A stretch of 64,000 nucleotides of DNA from an uncultured Collinsella sp. (GCA_902468085.1 CABQXN010000001.1:73254-137253); one strand, 5' to 3'; shown: positions 50,086 through 60,669, counted from the stretch's first letter. Numbers and translations: made by a program. The notes: a model not told the origin generated them from the letters alone.

Positions 50086-50331
50086 CTAGAGCAGGTTCTT
50101 CTGTACCCATGCGATGATGTCGCTCGACTCGTAGAGTGGCTTGCCGTCGATGAATAGGCAGGGAACCTGGCGCTTTCCGCCGGCGGCGATGAGTGTCTGC
50201 TCGGCTTCGGTATCGGTCGAGATATTGCGCTCGGGAATGGTCACACCGTTATCGGCAAGGAATCGCTTGACTTTTATGCAATACGGGCAGCCGGTCATAA
50301 CGTACAGCGTGAGCTCATGATTAGTAGCCAT
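50086..50331 (-). CDS. Glutaredoxin
   Basis: LTLYVMTGCPYCIKVKRFL carries the CPYC active site. Confidence 0.8.
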   Translation of the reverse strand: MATNHELTLYVMTGCPYCIKVKRFLADNGVTIPERNISTDTEAEQTLIAAGGKRQVPCLFIDGKPLYESSDIIAWVQKNLL

Positions 50332-50382
50332 GGGTCTCCAATCGGTTGAGGTTTCGATTGAAATACCCAAAGCCGCCGCGGT

Positions 50383-51210
50383 CTATGCGCGGACCAGTGA
50401 CGACTCGATGGCCTGGACCAGAAACGCCGTGGCTCCGGTGCCGCAGGGCTTGTCGTAGTAGTCAACAAAGTGCTGGTCGGCAAGATAACCATTGGCGAGG
50501 CCCAGGTACGCTTCGTTCTGGGGCTCGCATCCCCAGTTGAGGGCAATCCAGCGACGATGCATCGCGACAAGCTTGCGAGCCTCGCTTCCATTCGCATCGC
50601 CATCGCCCATGGCAATCGAGAATTGGCCCAGAATAGCGCGTTCAAGTTCCTTCATGTCGTTCCATGTCTCGGGGTCCATGTCCAGCAGCGCTTCATTTGC
50701 TGCATCGATAGCCTCATCGCCATAGCGTGCCCGCGCTTCGGCGCCGTAGCGCTCCTCGTTTTCCTGCACGGTGCGCCAGCGCTCCAGTTGCGGCAGGACG
50801 GCGCCCATGAGCGAGACGGCTTCGTCGAGCGACATGCCGGTGTTTTGCGCCAGCCGCGGGGCGCAATCCTCAATCATCGCCTCCATGGTGGTGTCGTAGG
50901 TGTACTTGCCGTGGTCGTAGCACCACTTGCAGTAATGGTCGGTCGTGGCGCCCGTGGCATCGGTGCCGCAGTCGTCGGGCGTGAGTATCATGCCGCAGCT
51001 CTGGCAATAATGCTCGGGCATTTCGAGCAGGTGGGACAACGGCTCTCCGGTTACGGCGGCAATGAGCTTCATCATGTCGATGCCCGGGGTGACCTCGTCG
51101 CGCTCCCAACGGCTGACGGCTTGGCGTGTGACGAAGAGTTTGGCGGCGAGCTGCTCTTGGGTAAGGTGATGGGCGCGACGGATGGCAATGAGCTTTTCTG
51201 CAAAGGCCAT
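50383..51210 (-). CDS. XRE-HTH / zinc-ribbon / TipAS-domain transcriptional regulator
   Basis: N-terminal EKLIAIRRAHHLTQEQLAAKLFVTRQAVSRWE, a C4 pair CQSCG...CKWC, and a TipAS-like C-terminus (HRRWIALNWG, YLADQHFVDYYD). Confidence 0.6.
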   Translation of the reverse strand: MAFAEKLIAIRRAHHLTQEQLAAKLFVTRQAVSRWERDEVTPGIDMMKLIAAVTGEPLSHLLEMPEHYCQSCGMILTPDDCGTDATGATTDHYCKWCYDHGKYTYDTTMEAMIEDCAPRLAQNTGMSLDEAVSLMGAVLPQLERWRTVQENEERYGAEARARYGDEAIDAANEALLDMDPETWNDMKELERAILGQFSIAMGDGDANGSEARKLVAMHRRWIALNWGCEPQNEAYLGLANGYLADQHFVDYYDKPCGTGATAFLVQAIESSLVRA

Positions 51211-51342
51211 AGTGGCTCCTTTCTGCTGGTTGATGGCTTAAGCATACGCGGCGGCAGGCGCCCTTCCAAGCAACCGTTGGTTGCACGACAGGAGTCCACG
51301 GCGAAGAATTGCGCGCAACGCCCCACGCCTCCATGCCGTACA

Positions 51343-52089
51343 ATGACCGGCATGGAACCTATTGCACACATACATACCGACCTGCCGCAGAAGTTCGGCA
51401 TTCCGCGCAACAGCTTTTTGGCGCCTCATCTGCAGGGACGCATCGTTTTTGAGCCGGAATTTGCCTCCAATGCAGCGGTTGAGGGTCTGGACTCCTTCTC
51501 TCACCTGTGGCTGCTGTGGCGCTTCGAAAACGGAACGCCCGGCGGCACGGCTAAGGACATAGCCGCCGATGCCAAAACGCAGGACAGGTCCGGTACCAAC
51601 GCAAAATGGTCGAAGACCGTGCGTCCGCCGCGCCTGGGTTGAGCCGAGCGTGTGGACGTCTTTGCCACGCGCAGCCCGTTTCGCCCTAATCCCATCGGTC
51701 TCACCTGCGTCAAGCTCGATCGTGTCGAGCTCACCGACGATGGCCCCATCATCTATGTGCTGGGGGCCGATCTGCGCGACGGCACGCCCATCTACGACAT
51801 TAAGCCCTACATTCCGTTTGCGGACTGCCACTCGGATGCGACCGGCGGCTGGATCGAGGATGCTCCGTGGCAAGAGCTCGATGTTAAGTTTCCGCAAGCA
51901 CTGCAGGATATGGTCCCGCCCGCAAAGCTCCCCGGCTTGGTCGAGGTTCTACGCCAAGATCCGCGCCGCGCGGGCAGCAAGCACGAACCAAACCGCGTCT
52001 ACCATCTGGCCTACGCCGGGCTCGACATATCGTTTACGGTCGACGAAACCCAGCTAACCGTAGTCGCCGTCAACGACGCGCAAGACTAA
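51343..52089 (+). pseudogene. tsaA: tRNA (m6t6A37) methyltransferase TsaA/YaeB-family gene interrupted by in-frame TGA
   Basis: GIPRNSFLAP...SHLWLLWRF...VRPPRLG then TGA (51640-51642), then AERVDVFATRSPFRPNPIGLT in the same frame. The stop sits where homologues have Gly (RLGG). Confidence 0.6.
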
Positions 52090-52197
52090 CCATCCGTCCG
52101 TATCCGTCAAAAACAACGCCAAACCCCATGCCAAAACCGCCCACGCTGGTGGACAATAACGCCTATCGAAACAGTCTACTTTGCATGGGAGCTCAGC

Positions 52198-53412
52198 ATG
52201 AAATACGACTTTAGCTCGCTTATCGACCGCCACGGCATGGACTCCATCGCCGTTGACTCCTGGGGCGAGATCCCCGGTATGGCTCCGAACGCACCCGACG
52301 AGGGCTTCGACCGCATTCCCATGTGGGTGGCCGACATGAATTTTGCCACGGTGCCCACGGTCCAGGAGTACATCATTCAGCGCGCTCAGCATCCCATGTT
52401 TGGCTACTTTAACCCGCGCGCCGAGTACTTCGACCGCATCATCGAATGGCAGAGCCGCCGCAATGGCGTCGAGGGCCTGCGCCCTGAACATATCGGCTAC
52501 GAAAACGGCGTGCTGGGCGGTGTCGTGTCGACACTGCGTGCGTATGTTCAGCCGGGCGATGCGGTGCTGGTCCACAGCCCCACCTACATCGGCTTTACCA
52601 AGTCCATTGAGGCCGCGGGCTATCGTATTGTCCACAGCCCGCTTAAGCTCGACGACCAGGGCGTGTGGCGTATGGACTTTGAGGACATGGAGCACAAGCT
52701 CGCCCAAAACCACATCCATGCCGCGGTGTTCTGCTCGCCGCACAATCCCTGCGGCCGCGTATGGGAGCGTGACGAGATCGAGCGCGCCATGGACATCTAT
52801 CGTCAGCACGATTGCGTGGTGATCTCGGACGAGATTTGGTCCGATATCATCCTGCCGGGCCACAAGCATATCCCGACGCAGTCGGTGAGCGAGGATGCTC
52901 GCATGCGCACGGTTGCCCTCTACGCGCCCAGCAAGACGTTCAACCTGGCGGGCCTGGTCGGCAGCTACCACATCATCTATAACGAGACGCTGCGCGACCG
53001 CGTGTGCGCCGTGTCCAACAAGACCCACTACAACGAGATGAATGTCCTCTCCATGCACGCGCTTATCGGTGCCTACCAGCCGCAAGGCTACGAGTGGGTG
53101 GACGAGCTCAACCAGGTGCTTGCCGGCAATATCGAGTACTTCTGCGATTACGTGGACGAGCATTTTGAGGGCGTGTCCTATTCGCGTCCGCAGGGCACGT
53201 ACATGGTGTTTCTGGACTGCACCGAGTGGTGCCGAGAGCATGGCCGCGATATTCAGTGGTTGCTCGATGAGGGGGCACGCGTGGGCGTGGGGTATCAGGA
53301 CGGCCGCCCGTTCCACGGACCCCGCCACATTCGCGTGAATCTGGCGCTGCCGCTTTCGCGCGTGAGGGAAGCGTGCGACCGCCTGGACCGCTACGTTTTT
53401 AATGCACGGTAG
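52198..53412 (+). CDS. PLP-dependent C-S lyase (MalY/PatB-type aminotransferase class I/II)
   Basis: 404 aa. PLP-lysine motif YAPSKTFNLAGL. Confidence 0.8.
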   Translation: MKYDFSSLIDRHGMDSIAVDSWGEIPGMAPNAPDEGFDRIPMWVADMNFATVPTVQEYIIQRAQHPMFGYFNPRAEYFDRIIEWQSRRNGVEGLRPEHIGYENGVLGGVVSTLRAYVQPGDAVLVHSPTYIGFTKSIEAAGYRIVHSPLKLDDQGVWRMDFEDMEHKLAQNHIHAAVFCSPHNPCGRVWERDEIERAMDIYRQHDCVVISDEIWSDIILPGHKHIPTQSVSEDARMRTVALYAPSKTFNLAGLVGSYHIIYNETLRDRVCAVSNKTHYNEMNVLSMHALIGAYQPQGYEWVDELNQVLAGNIEYFCDYVDEHFEGVSYSRPQGTYMVFLDCTEWCREHGRDIQWLLDEGARVGVGYQDGRPFHGPRHIRVNLALPLSRVREACDRLDRYVFNAR

Positions 53413-53556
53413 GCGTGCGCTGCATGCGGGACCTTCTGCCAAGTCGGCTGGAAGGCCCCGCATGGTAGAACGTCTGTAACCATTGGGCACTCGCGTGGTT
53501 TCGTTTGCTATTATCTTTAACCATTTCAGTCTGTAAACAGGATTGTCTGGAGCTCG

Positions 53557-54426
53557 ATGAAAAGACCCCGTCGCTCGGTTGCCATATCGTTGTTTGTTGC
53601 GCTTGCGGGAGCGTGTGCCTTTGTCGTAGCGATAGCCGGCTGTTCCGGGTCGAATGGCAGGGTCTCGACGTTTGCATTAGAAGGCCTGGACGCCTCGCAG
53701 GCCAAAGACGACAACCTTAAGACGCTCAACGTCGGCAGCGACCTCTATCCACCGTTTGTGTATACCGACGAGTACGGCGATATCGTTGGCCTGGATGTCG
53801 AGATATTGACCGAGGCTTTGGCCCGCATTGGTTACAAGCCAAAGTACCAGCTGATCGATTGGGAAAAGAAGAACGAGCTACTGGCGAGCGGCGAGCTCGA
53901 TTGCGTCATGGGCAGCTTTAGCATGACGGGTCGCGAAAACGAGTATCGTTGGGCCGGCCCGTACCTTGCGAGCCGCCAGGTGGTCGCGGTCGATCCCCAG
54001 AGCGATATCTACACGCTTGCCGATCTTGAGGATAAGGTCGTGGCGGTCCAGTCCACCACCAAGCCCGAGGACATTTTGCTCAATCATACAAATGAAAACG
54101 TTCCGCAGATCAAAGAGCTCTACTGCTTTTCGGACCGTTCGTATCTGAACCCGGCGCTCGTCGAGGGTCTGGTCGACGCCATCGCCGCGCATGAGTCCTC
54201 GCTGCTCACCTACGAAAAAGACTATGGCGTAACGTATCGCATTTTGCATGAGCCGCTGCTAGAGGTTGGTTTGGGCACCGCTTTCGATATCAACGATACG
54301 CGTGGCATCGACGTTAAGCTCACTCATGCCTACCAAGAAATGCTTGTCGATGGCACCATGGAACGTCTGGTGTCAAAGTACTTTGATGACCCTTCGCCAT
54401 TTTTGAATATGGAGGGCCTGTCATGA
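53557..54426 (+). CDS. Amino-acid ABC-type substrate-binding lipoprotein (SBP_bac_3)
   Basis: Lipobox IAGCSG. Family 3 solute-binding fold. ATGA overlap with the downstream kinase. Confidence 0.8.
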   Translation: MKRPRRSVAISLFVALAGACAFVVAIAGCSGSNGRVSTFALEGLDASQAKDDNLKTLNVGSDLYPPFVYTDEYGDIVGLDVEILTEALARIGYKPKYQLIDWEKKNELLASGELDCVMGSFSMTGRENEYRWAGPYLASRQVVAVDPQSDIYTLADLEDKVVAVQSTTKPEDILLNHTNENVPQIKELYCFSDRSYLNPALVEGLVDAIAAHESSLLTYEKDYGVTYRILHEPLLEVGLGTAFDINDTRGIDVKLTHAYQEMLVDGTMERLVSKYFDDPSPFLNMEGLS

Positions 54427-56615
54427 TCGATGCGCCCGACCACGCCGCTCAGGGGCGGGGCAATCGTTCGACAGGGGCATGGCTCCTTGTCGCCCTGCTG
54501 GGGATAGCGCTCTCGGTTGTTGCCGGCATGATGAGCTACGGCTACACGACGGCCCAAGCCGAGCAGCGCTTTGCCGACGTTGTCGATTACGTGGCGACGC
54601 AGAGCCTTTCCTACGATGCATTCAATAGCGCCTATACGACCAAAAACCTGATTCGCGTTATGGAGATCGCCGGAGAGACAGCGCGCGATATTGAGCGCGA
54701 CGGTTCGGTGGATAACGCCATGCTGGAGCAATATGCCGACCAGTTCAACGTGAGCGCACTGATCGTGACGGACGCATCGGGCAATTTGGTGTCCGAATCC
54801 TCGACGGATGGCGTGGGCTACGAGTCGCTCGCTACGTATCTCAAGGAAGCACCCGTGCTGGAGGTGGCAGCCCATCCGCTTAAGTCCTATACCGCCCGCA
54901 TTACGCTTTCGAATGATTCGGTCGCAGACATTGGCTGCGTAACCCGGCAGGATGACGAGGGCATCGTTGTCGCAGTAAGGCATCAGAGCGCGAAGGCAGT
55001 TGCAAGCAATACGCTCAAACTGCAGAGCTTGCTTGATGGCTATGAAACCATCGATAGCGGCAATATCGTGATCGAAAGCGACGGCAAGGTCGTTGCGACC
55101 AATGCCGTTGAACCCACCGTATTGGGCGTGTTCGATCTGCCTGCGACGGATGTCTTCATTGTCGACGGTATTAAGGATCGATGCCTGGCTGGTAAGGTCA
55201 GATTGGTTAACGCCGACGGCGAGTGGTATTTGGGCACATTTGGAAAAGCGCACAAATTCTATGTGTACACCTATGCCTCGGCGCAGCGCTACTTTGAGGT
55301 CGCCGCGGCTGTTGCCGCCGGCGTGCTGGTGCTCTACGGCGGTGTTATAGCCGTTGTTGTGACGGTGCGTCGCCGCGCTGATCGTCGACGTTTGACGGAC
55401 TTGCTGCAGCAGGAGCGCGACTATGGCGACAAGCTGGCAAAGGCGGCGCGTGAGGCCTCGTCTGCCAACTCGGCAAAGACGGAGTTTCTGCGTCGCATGA
55501 GCCACGATCTGCGCACGCCCATCAACGGCATTCGCGGTATGGTTGAGGTCGGCGATGCCAATGCGGACGATCTGCAAAAGCAGACCGAGTGCCGCTCAAA
55601 AATCTGGACAGCATCGGGACTGCTGCTCGACCTTGCCAACGAGGCACTCGATATGAGTCGCCTGGAGAGCGGGCAGGTCGACCTGGAGCTTGTTCCCACA
55701 AACTTGGCGACCCTCAACCACGAGGTGTGCGATATTCTTGAGCGCCAGGCCGAGGAGCGTCTGGTCACAATTATCTGCGACCAGCAGACGCTTGATCATC
55801 CCTATGTGCGGGTGAGCGTGACGCACCTCAAGCGCTTGTTGCTCAATATTGCCGGCAATGCCGTCAAGTACAACCGCCAGGGCGGCTATGTTCGCCTGGT
55901 GTGCCGCGAGGTGGAGCCAGCGGATGGCGTCCCCGTCTATGAATACACGATCGCCGACAACGGTATTGGCATGAGCGAGGAGTTCCAACAGCGCCTCTAC
56001 GAGCCGTTTTGCCGTGAGGAGCAACAGGTGGAAGGCGCTTCATCGGGAACTGGCCTGGGCGCGCCTATCGCAAAACAGTTGGTCGAGCTTATGGGCGGAA
56101 CCATGAGCTTTACGAGCGTCTTGGGGTAGGGGACGACGTTTACCATCCGCCTGCCGTTCGAGAAGTGCGACCGCTCCGAGATTCCTCAGGCAGTTCGCGT
56201 AGATGCGGGCGACGGCGATGCGTTCCAGGGCCTGCGCGTTTTGCTCGTAGAGGATAACGATCTGAATGCCGAGATCGCGCAGTTTACGCTCAGCCGTGCC
56301 GGTGCCGTCGTGACGCATGCTAAGGATGGCGAGTCTGCCGTCGAGATGTTTGCCGCGAGCGTGCCGTACGAGTACGACGTGGTGTTGATGGACATCATGA
56401 TGCCCGGTATCGACGGCCTTGAGGCCACGCGTCGAATTCGAACACTCGATCGCGAGGATGCCGCGACTACGCCGATTATCGCCGTGAGTGCCAACGCCTT
56501 TGCCGACGACCGCAGGCTTTCGCGTGAGGCGGGCATGGACGCGCACCTGAGTAAACCCGTGAGTTCGCAGGAGCTCGTTGAGGTGTTAGCGCACATCGCC
56601 GCCGACGCTTCATAA
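54423..56615 (+). pseudogene. Hybrid sensor histidine kinase (Cache-like sensor, HisKA, HATPase, receiver) interrupted by in-frame TAG
   Basis: ...GGTMSFTSVLG, then TAG at 56127-56129, then GTTFTIRLPF in the same frame as receiver ORF 56241..56615. The stop lies inside the conserved G2 box. Confidence 0.65.
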
Positions 56616-56685
56616 GCATAGGGCCCGGTTCCAAGGTGGGTTGGGACCGGGCCCTATTGCTATTTGTGAGGTCTGCTCTTGAGGC

Positions 56686-57165
56686 TTATTTTTCCTGAAT
56701 CTGCTTACCGCAAAGATGCTCAATCGTAATCTCGTAGAGCTGGACGCCCTTAATGTCCTTGGCGATTTCCTCTTCGACTTCTTCGGCAGAAGGGTAGTAC
56801 TTAAGGGCGAGCTGGCGGACTTTGTCCTCGATAAACGCGGGGGTGTCATTCGCCAGGCGACAACGGCCAAAGACGACGGTGCTCATAACGTAGGGAGCCC
56901 AGTCGCCGTCCTGGTACCACTCGTTGCCGTAAACGGTAAAGCAGACCTTGTCATCGCGCTTGAGTGCGTCGACCTTGTGGCCGGCTTTGGCGCCATGGAA
57001 ATAAATCTTGTCGTGCTCGGCGTCAAAGAAGTAGTTGACGGGAATGGCGTACGGGTAGCCATCGTCACCGTTGACGGCAAAGACGCCGCGCTTGCAGGTG
57101 GCGAGCAGTTTACGCGCTTCCTCGTCGGTGATGGCGCGTTTCTTTCGACGTAAGGGCCTAAACAT
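56686..57165 (-). CDS. Pyridoxamine 5'-phosphate oxidase-family FMN-binding protein
   Basis: 159 aa with a NimA/PNPOx-like split-barrel pattern (GYPYAIPVNYFFD). Confidence 0.65.
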   Translation of the reverse strand: MFRPLRRKKRAITDEEARKLLATCKRGVFAVNGDDGYPYAIPVNYFFDAEHDKIYFHGAKAGHKVDALKRDDKVCFTVYGNEWYQDGDWAPYVMSTVVFGRCRLANDTPAFIEDKVRQLALKYYPSAEEVEEEIAKDIKGVQLYEITIEHLCGKQIQEK

Positions 57166-57205
57166 CGTTGGCTTCCTTTCTGGTCGTGCGTGGTTGCTGC
57201 AAAAA

Positions 57206-60016
57206 CTATAGCGAAACGGATCCGTTTTTCTTGATGCGGGCGAGTATGTTTTTGAGCTTGTTAAAGTCGAGCGGTTTGGACAGATGGGCGTTCATGCCGG
57301 CGTCGTGTGCCGCCTTGGCGTCCTCGGCAAAGGCATTGGCGGTGAGCGCGATGATGGGGATATCGGCTGCATCGACCTTCTCGCTCAGGCGAATCGCGCG
57401 GGTTGCCTCGTAGCCGTCCATGTCCGGCATCATAATGTCCATCAGGATCGCATCGAAGCTGCCGGCGGGATGAGACAGGTACAGATCGACGACTTCGTTG
57501 CCGTTGACGGCGCGGGTGACCACGACGCCCTCGGATTCTAGCAGCGTCTGTGCAATCTCGGCATTCAATTCGTTGTCTTCGGCGAGCAGCACGTTCATGT
57601 CGGCGAGCGAGCAGTCGAGCGCCCTCTCGACCGTATTCGCCCGCGCCCGGGGGTTCTTGTCGATATCGAGCGGAATTTCCACGTAGAACGTGGTGCCCAC
57701 ATGGAGTTCGCTGGTGACTTCGATGGTGCCGCCCATCAGTTCAATAAGCGACTTGACGATTGGCATGCCCATGCCGGTTCCTTGGAACTTGCTGCGCGCA
57801 TCGTCTCCTTCTTGGGCAAACGGCTCATAGATATGCTTTAAAAACTCGGGAGTCATGCCAATGCCGGTATCCGAAACGCTAAAGCAAAAGAGCGCGCGCC
57901 CGTTATCGAGTGGCTTGGTCTTTGAACTAAAGGTGACGGAGCCGCCGTGCTTGTTGTACTTAATGCTGTTGTCTAACAGGTTGATCATGATCTGTCGGAT
58001 ATGGGTGGGACTGCCGATCATGTATGGCCCCGTGGCGTACGGCAGACTATTGTCCTGCATTGTGATGCCGTTGCTGGACGCGCGGAGCTTGCACAGCACC
58101 AGCGTATCGTCACAGAGCTCTTTGAGGTTAAAAGGCACATGTTCCAGTGTTAGCTTGCGGTCTTCGATTTTTCCCATCTCGAGGATGTCGTTGATCAGCG
58201 AGAGCAGGTGATTGGCGGCAACGCGCGCCTTGGCACGGTTCTCGCGGGCGACTTGCATATCGCCTTCCTTCAATTCCTCGATCTCGATAAGGCCCAGGAT
58301 GCCGTTGAGCGGCGTGCGGATGTCGTGGCTCATGCGCGTGAGGAACGCCGTCTTAGCGGCGTTGGCGGCATCGGCTTTTTTGCGCTCGGTTCGAGCGCGC
58401 ACGAGCGCCCAGATGAGCAGGACGATGCCGACCGACAACATACCGATGAGGGTAGCTGCAATGGCGGTGCGGTTGCGAAAAAGGAATTGAAGCGTGTTGG
58501 ATTCCTGGGCCGTGTACGACGTGGAGGAGAAATTGCTTGCGGAGAGCGATTCTCCGGCATTGATGATGCCCTTGTTGATGATTCCCAACAGCTCGGGTTT
58601 TCCGCGCGAAATCCAGCACGAGAGCTCACAGGTGTCAGGGAGCTCGGTCGTCTCGCAGTCCTCGAGATTGTAACGGTCACCGATGGTTTTTACGCGTGAA
58701 CTGGGAGCGACGATGCAGTGCGCCGTTCCCTTCCTGAGGGCGTCGAACGCTTCATCGTCGGATTGGTATTCGGTTACGGTTGCTGTGGGGAACAGACTTT
58801 CAAGTGCATTTTTGTTGACAAACGATGATTTGGTACAGGCGATGTTCTGAAGGTCTTTGTTCAGGTTGCTGCCGGTGTGGATGGCGGTGAGGGATATGGT
58901 CCCCAACGATACCGACTGCACAACGCCTGTTTGCTCGGCAAACCAGTAATCTCGGTATACCGGCAGCGCAACGTCTATGCTTCCCTTTGACAGGGCCTTT
59001 GACATCATCTTGTAGCTATCAAAGGCGACGGTTTTGACCGTAATGCCAAATTTATCGTGTAGCGTCGTCGCAAGCGATGCGAGCGAGCCTTCCATTTCGC
59101 CGTTTTCGTCTTCGTTGCAGTAGGGGAGTTTGCCCGTAATGTAGCCGAGCGTGATGGTGTTGTTGTTTGCTTTGAGCCAGGAACATTCGGGGCCGTTGAG
59201 CGATGATGAACCGCTGTTTTGGGCCGAGTAGTTAGATTTGACTTCGTCGATATAGCGTGGGTTAACGCGGGCGATTGCCGACATGGCGGCATTGATGTCG
59301 TCCATCAGGTCGGGGCGGCTTTTGGGGACGGCAAAATAGTAGTCGCTCGAACCAATGTAGAACATGGGGGAGGCGCTGGGCGACGAGGTCGTGTCGTTCA
59401 TGATGACGGCATCGACCTCGCCGTTTGCCAGCGCATCAAAGAGAACGGAGTTTCCGTCATACTCCTTGTATGTGCAGGCGATTCCTTCGTTGGCGAGCCA
59501 CTGCTGGCCAACGAAGGTTTGCATAACGCCGGGGTTACAGCCGATGGTAAGGCCTTGGAGCGCTTGGGGGTCACCCTTGGCCAGATCGTCGCGCTCGGGC
59601 TTGGCGTAGATGTAGTAGCGCTCAGTGCCCTCGGGGTTCGAGGAAAAGAGCAGCTTTTGGGCGCGTTCCTCGGAGTAGGAGATGTTGGGCATGAGGTCGA
59701 TCTCGCCCGCCTCGAGCATGTCCATAAGCTCGGCGAAGGTGCCGGAGACGTATTCGTACTGCCAGCCGGGTGTGTAGTACGAGAGGGTCTGGAGGTACTC
59801 GTAACCCCATCCCGAGAGACGCTCGCCGGGGGTGCCGTCCTGGAAGCCCTCGTTGTTGACAAGCCAACCAACGCGGACCGTTTTGACCTGCTGATCGGTA
59901 TTGGCGGCATAGGCGGGGGCGGGCATGATGGTGCTCAGTACGGCGAGCACGGCAAGCGCGACGGCCAAGGTGCGATATATAACTGAACGAAGGACAGCGG
60001 AAGCTCTCACATGCAA
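57206..60016 (-). CDS. Hybrid sensor histidine kinase with two periplasmic SBP_bac_3 domains (BvgS-like)
   Basis: 936 aa: signal peptide, two solute-binding domains, TM, HisKA (MSHDIRTPLNGI), HATPase, and a C-terminal receiver (LLAEDNELN...DIMMPDMDG). Confidence 0.85.
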   Translation of the reverse strand: MHVRASAVLRSVIYRTLAVALAVLAVLSTIMPAPAYAANTDQQVKTVRVGWLVNNEGFQDGTPGERLSGWGYEYLQTLSYYTPGWQYEYVSGTFAELMDMLEAGEIDLMPNISYSEERAQKLLFSSNPEGTERYYIYAKPERDDLAKGDPQALQGLTIGCNPGVMQTFVGQQWLANEGIACTYKEYDGNSVLFDALANGEVDAVIMNDTTSSPSASPMFYIGSSDYYFAVPKSRPDLMDDINAAMSAIARVNPRYIDEVKSNYSAQNSGSSSLNGPECSWLKANNNTITLGYITGKLPYCNEDENGEMEGSLASLATTLHDKFGITVKTVAFDSYKMMSKALSKGSIDVALPVYRDYWFAEQTGVVQSVSLGTISLTAIHTGSNLNKDLQNIACTKSSFVNKNALESLFPTATVTEYQSDDEAFDALRKGTAHCIVAPSSRVKTIGDRYNLEDCETTELPDTCELSCWISRGKPELLGIINKGIINAGESLSASNFSSTSYTAQESNTLQFLFRNRTAIAATLIGMLSVGIVLLIWALVRARTERKKADAANAAKTAFLTRMSHDIRTPLNGILGLIEIEELKEGDMQVARENRAKARVAANHLLSLINDILEMGKIEDRKLTLEHVPFNLKELCDDTLVLCKLRASSNGITMQDNSLPYATGPYMIGSPTHIRQIMINLLDNSIKYNKHGGSVTFSSKTKPLDNGRALFCFSVSDTGIGMTPEFLKHIYEPFAQEGDDARSKFQGTGMGMPIVKSLIELMGGTIEVTSELHVGTTFYVEIPLDIDKNPRARANTVERALDCSLADMNVLLAEDNELNAEIAQTLLESEGVVVTRAVNGNEVVDLYLSHPAGSFDAILMDIMMPDMDGYEATRAIRLSEKVDAADIPIIALTANAFAEDAKAAHDAGMNAHLSKPLDFNKLKNILARIKKNGSVSL

Positions 60017-60208
60017 TCCTAACGAATCGAGACATTACCGCATAAGGATACCAGCTCAGCCTGCCCAGTCGGCAGCTGCACCGCTAAACGGTCCCGCCCG
60101 GCAGTTGGGGACAGTCCCTTTCTGCCGGCACAAAAGGAACGTTCCTAACTGTCGGTTGTGGGACAATATCGAGCGAATGTGATTGGGCGTCTGGGAAAAG
60201 GGGTCGCG

Positions 60209-60634
60209 ATGAACAGGTTGAGGACGCTTGCCGATGTGCTGCGACAGGCTGGCTTTGCACGCATCACGGGCCTGTTTCTTATCTTTTACCTGCTGTGCTC
60301 GACGGCTGTCTGGCTGTCCGAGCCTACGACCCTCACCTTTGGTGATGGCCTGTGGTTTAGCTTTGAGACGGTCTCGACGATCGGCTTTGGCGATATCCCA
60401 GCAGAAACGCCGGTTGCCCGCGGCATTACCGTCATCCTAAGCGTCATCAGTATCTTCTATATCGCCATGCTTACGGGCGTGGCGGTGAACTACTGCAATA
60501 CGCTCATCAAGCTGCGCCAAAAGGACACTATGGCGCGCTTTATGGACGATCTTGAGCATTTGGAGGAGCTCGATCGTGACGAGCTCGCCGACCTGTCGCG
60601 CCGCGTGCGCGAATATCGCCGCCGCCAACGCTAG
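60209..60634 (+). CDS. Two-TM potassium-channel-like protein
   Basis: A pore helix and filter-like TIGFGD between two TM helices. 141 aa. Confidence 0.65.
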   Translation: MNRLRTLADVLRQAGFARITGLFLIFYLLCSTAVWLSEPTTLTFGDGLWFSFETVSTIGFGDIPAETPVARGITVILSVISIFYIAMLTGVAVNYCNTLIKLRQKDTMARFMDDLEHLEELDRDELADLSRRVREYRRRQR

Positions 60635-60669
60635 AACGGGCGCCGCGCGTCACGATTGGGGGACTGAAT

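Noticed and set aside
28875-56129. Idea that the in-frame stops reflect pyrrolysine (TAG), selenocysteine (TGA) or a reassigned genetic code
   Set aside because: No pyl or sel genes and no SECIS-like element nearby. All three stop codons are affected, and the contexts (G2 box, a Gly position) are not Pyl/Sec sites. Gene decay or sequence error is more parsimonious.
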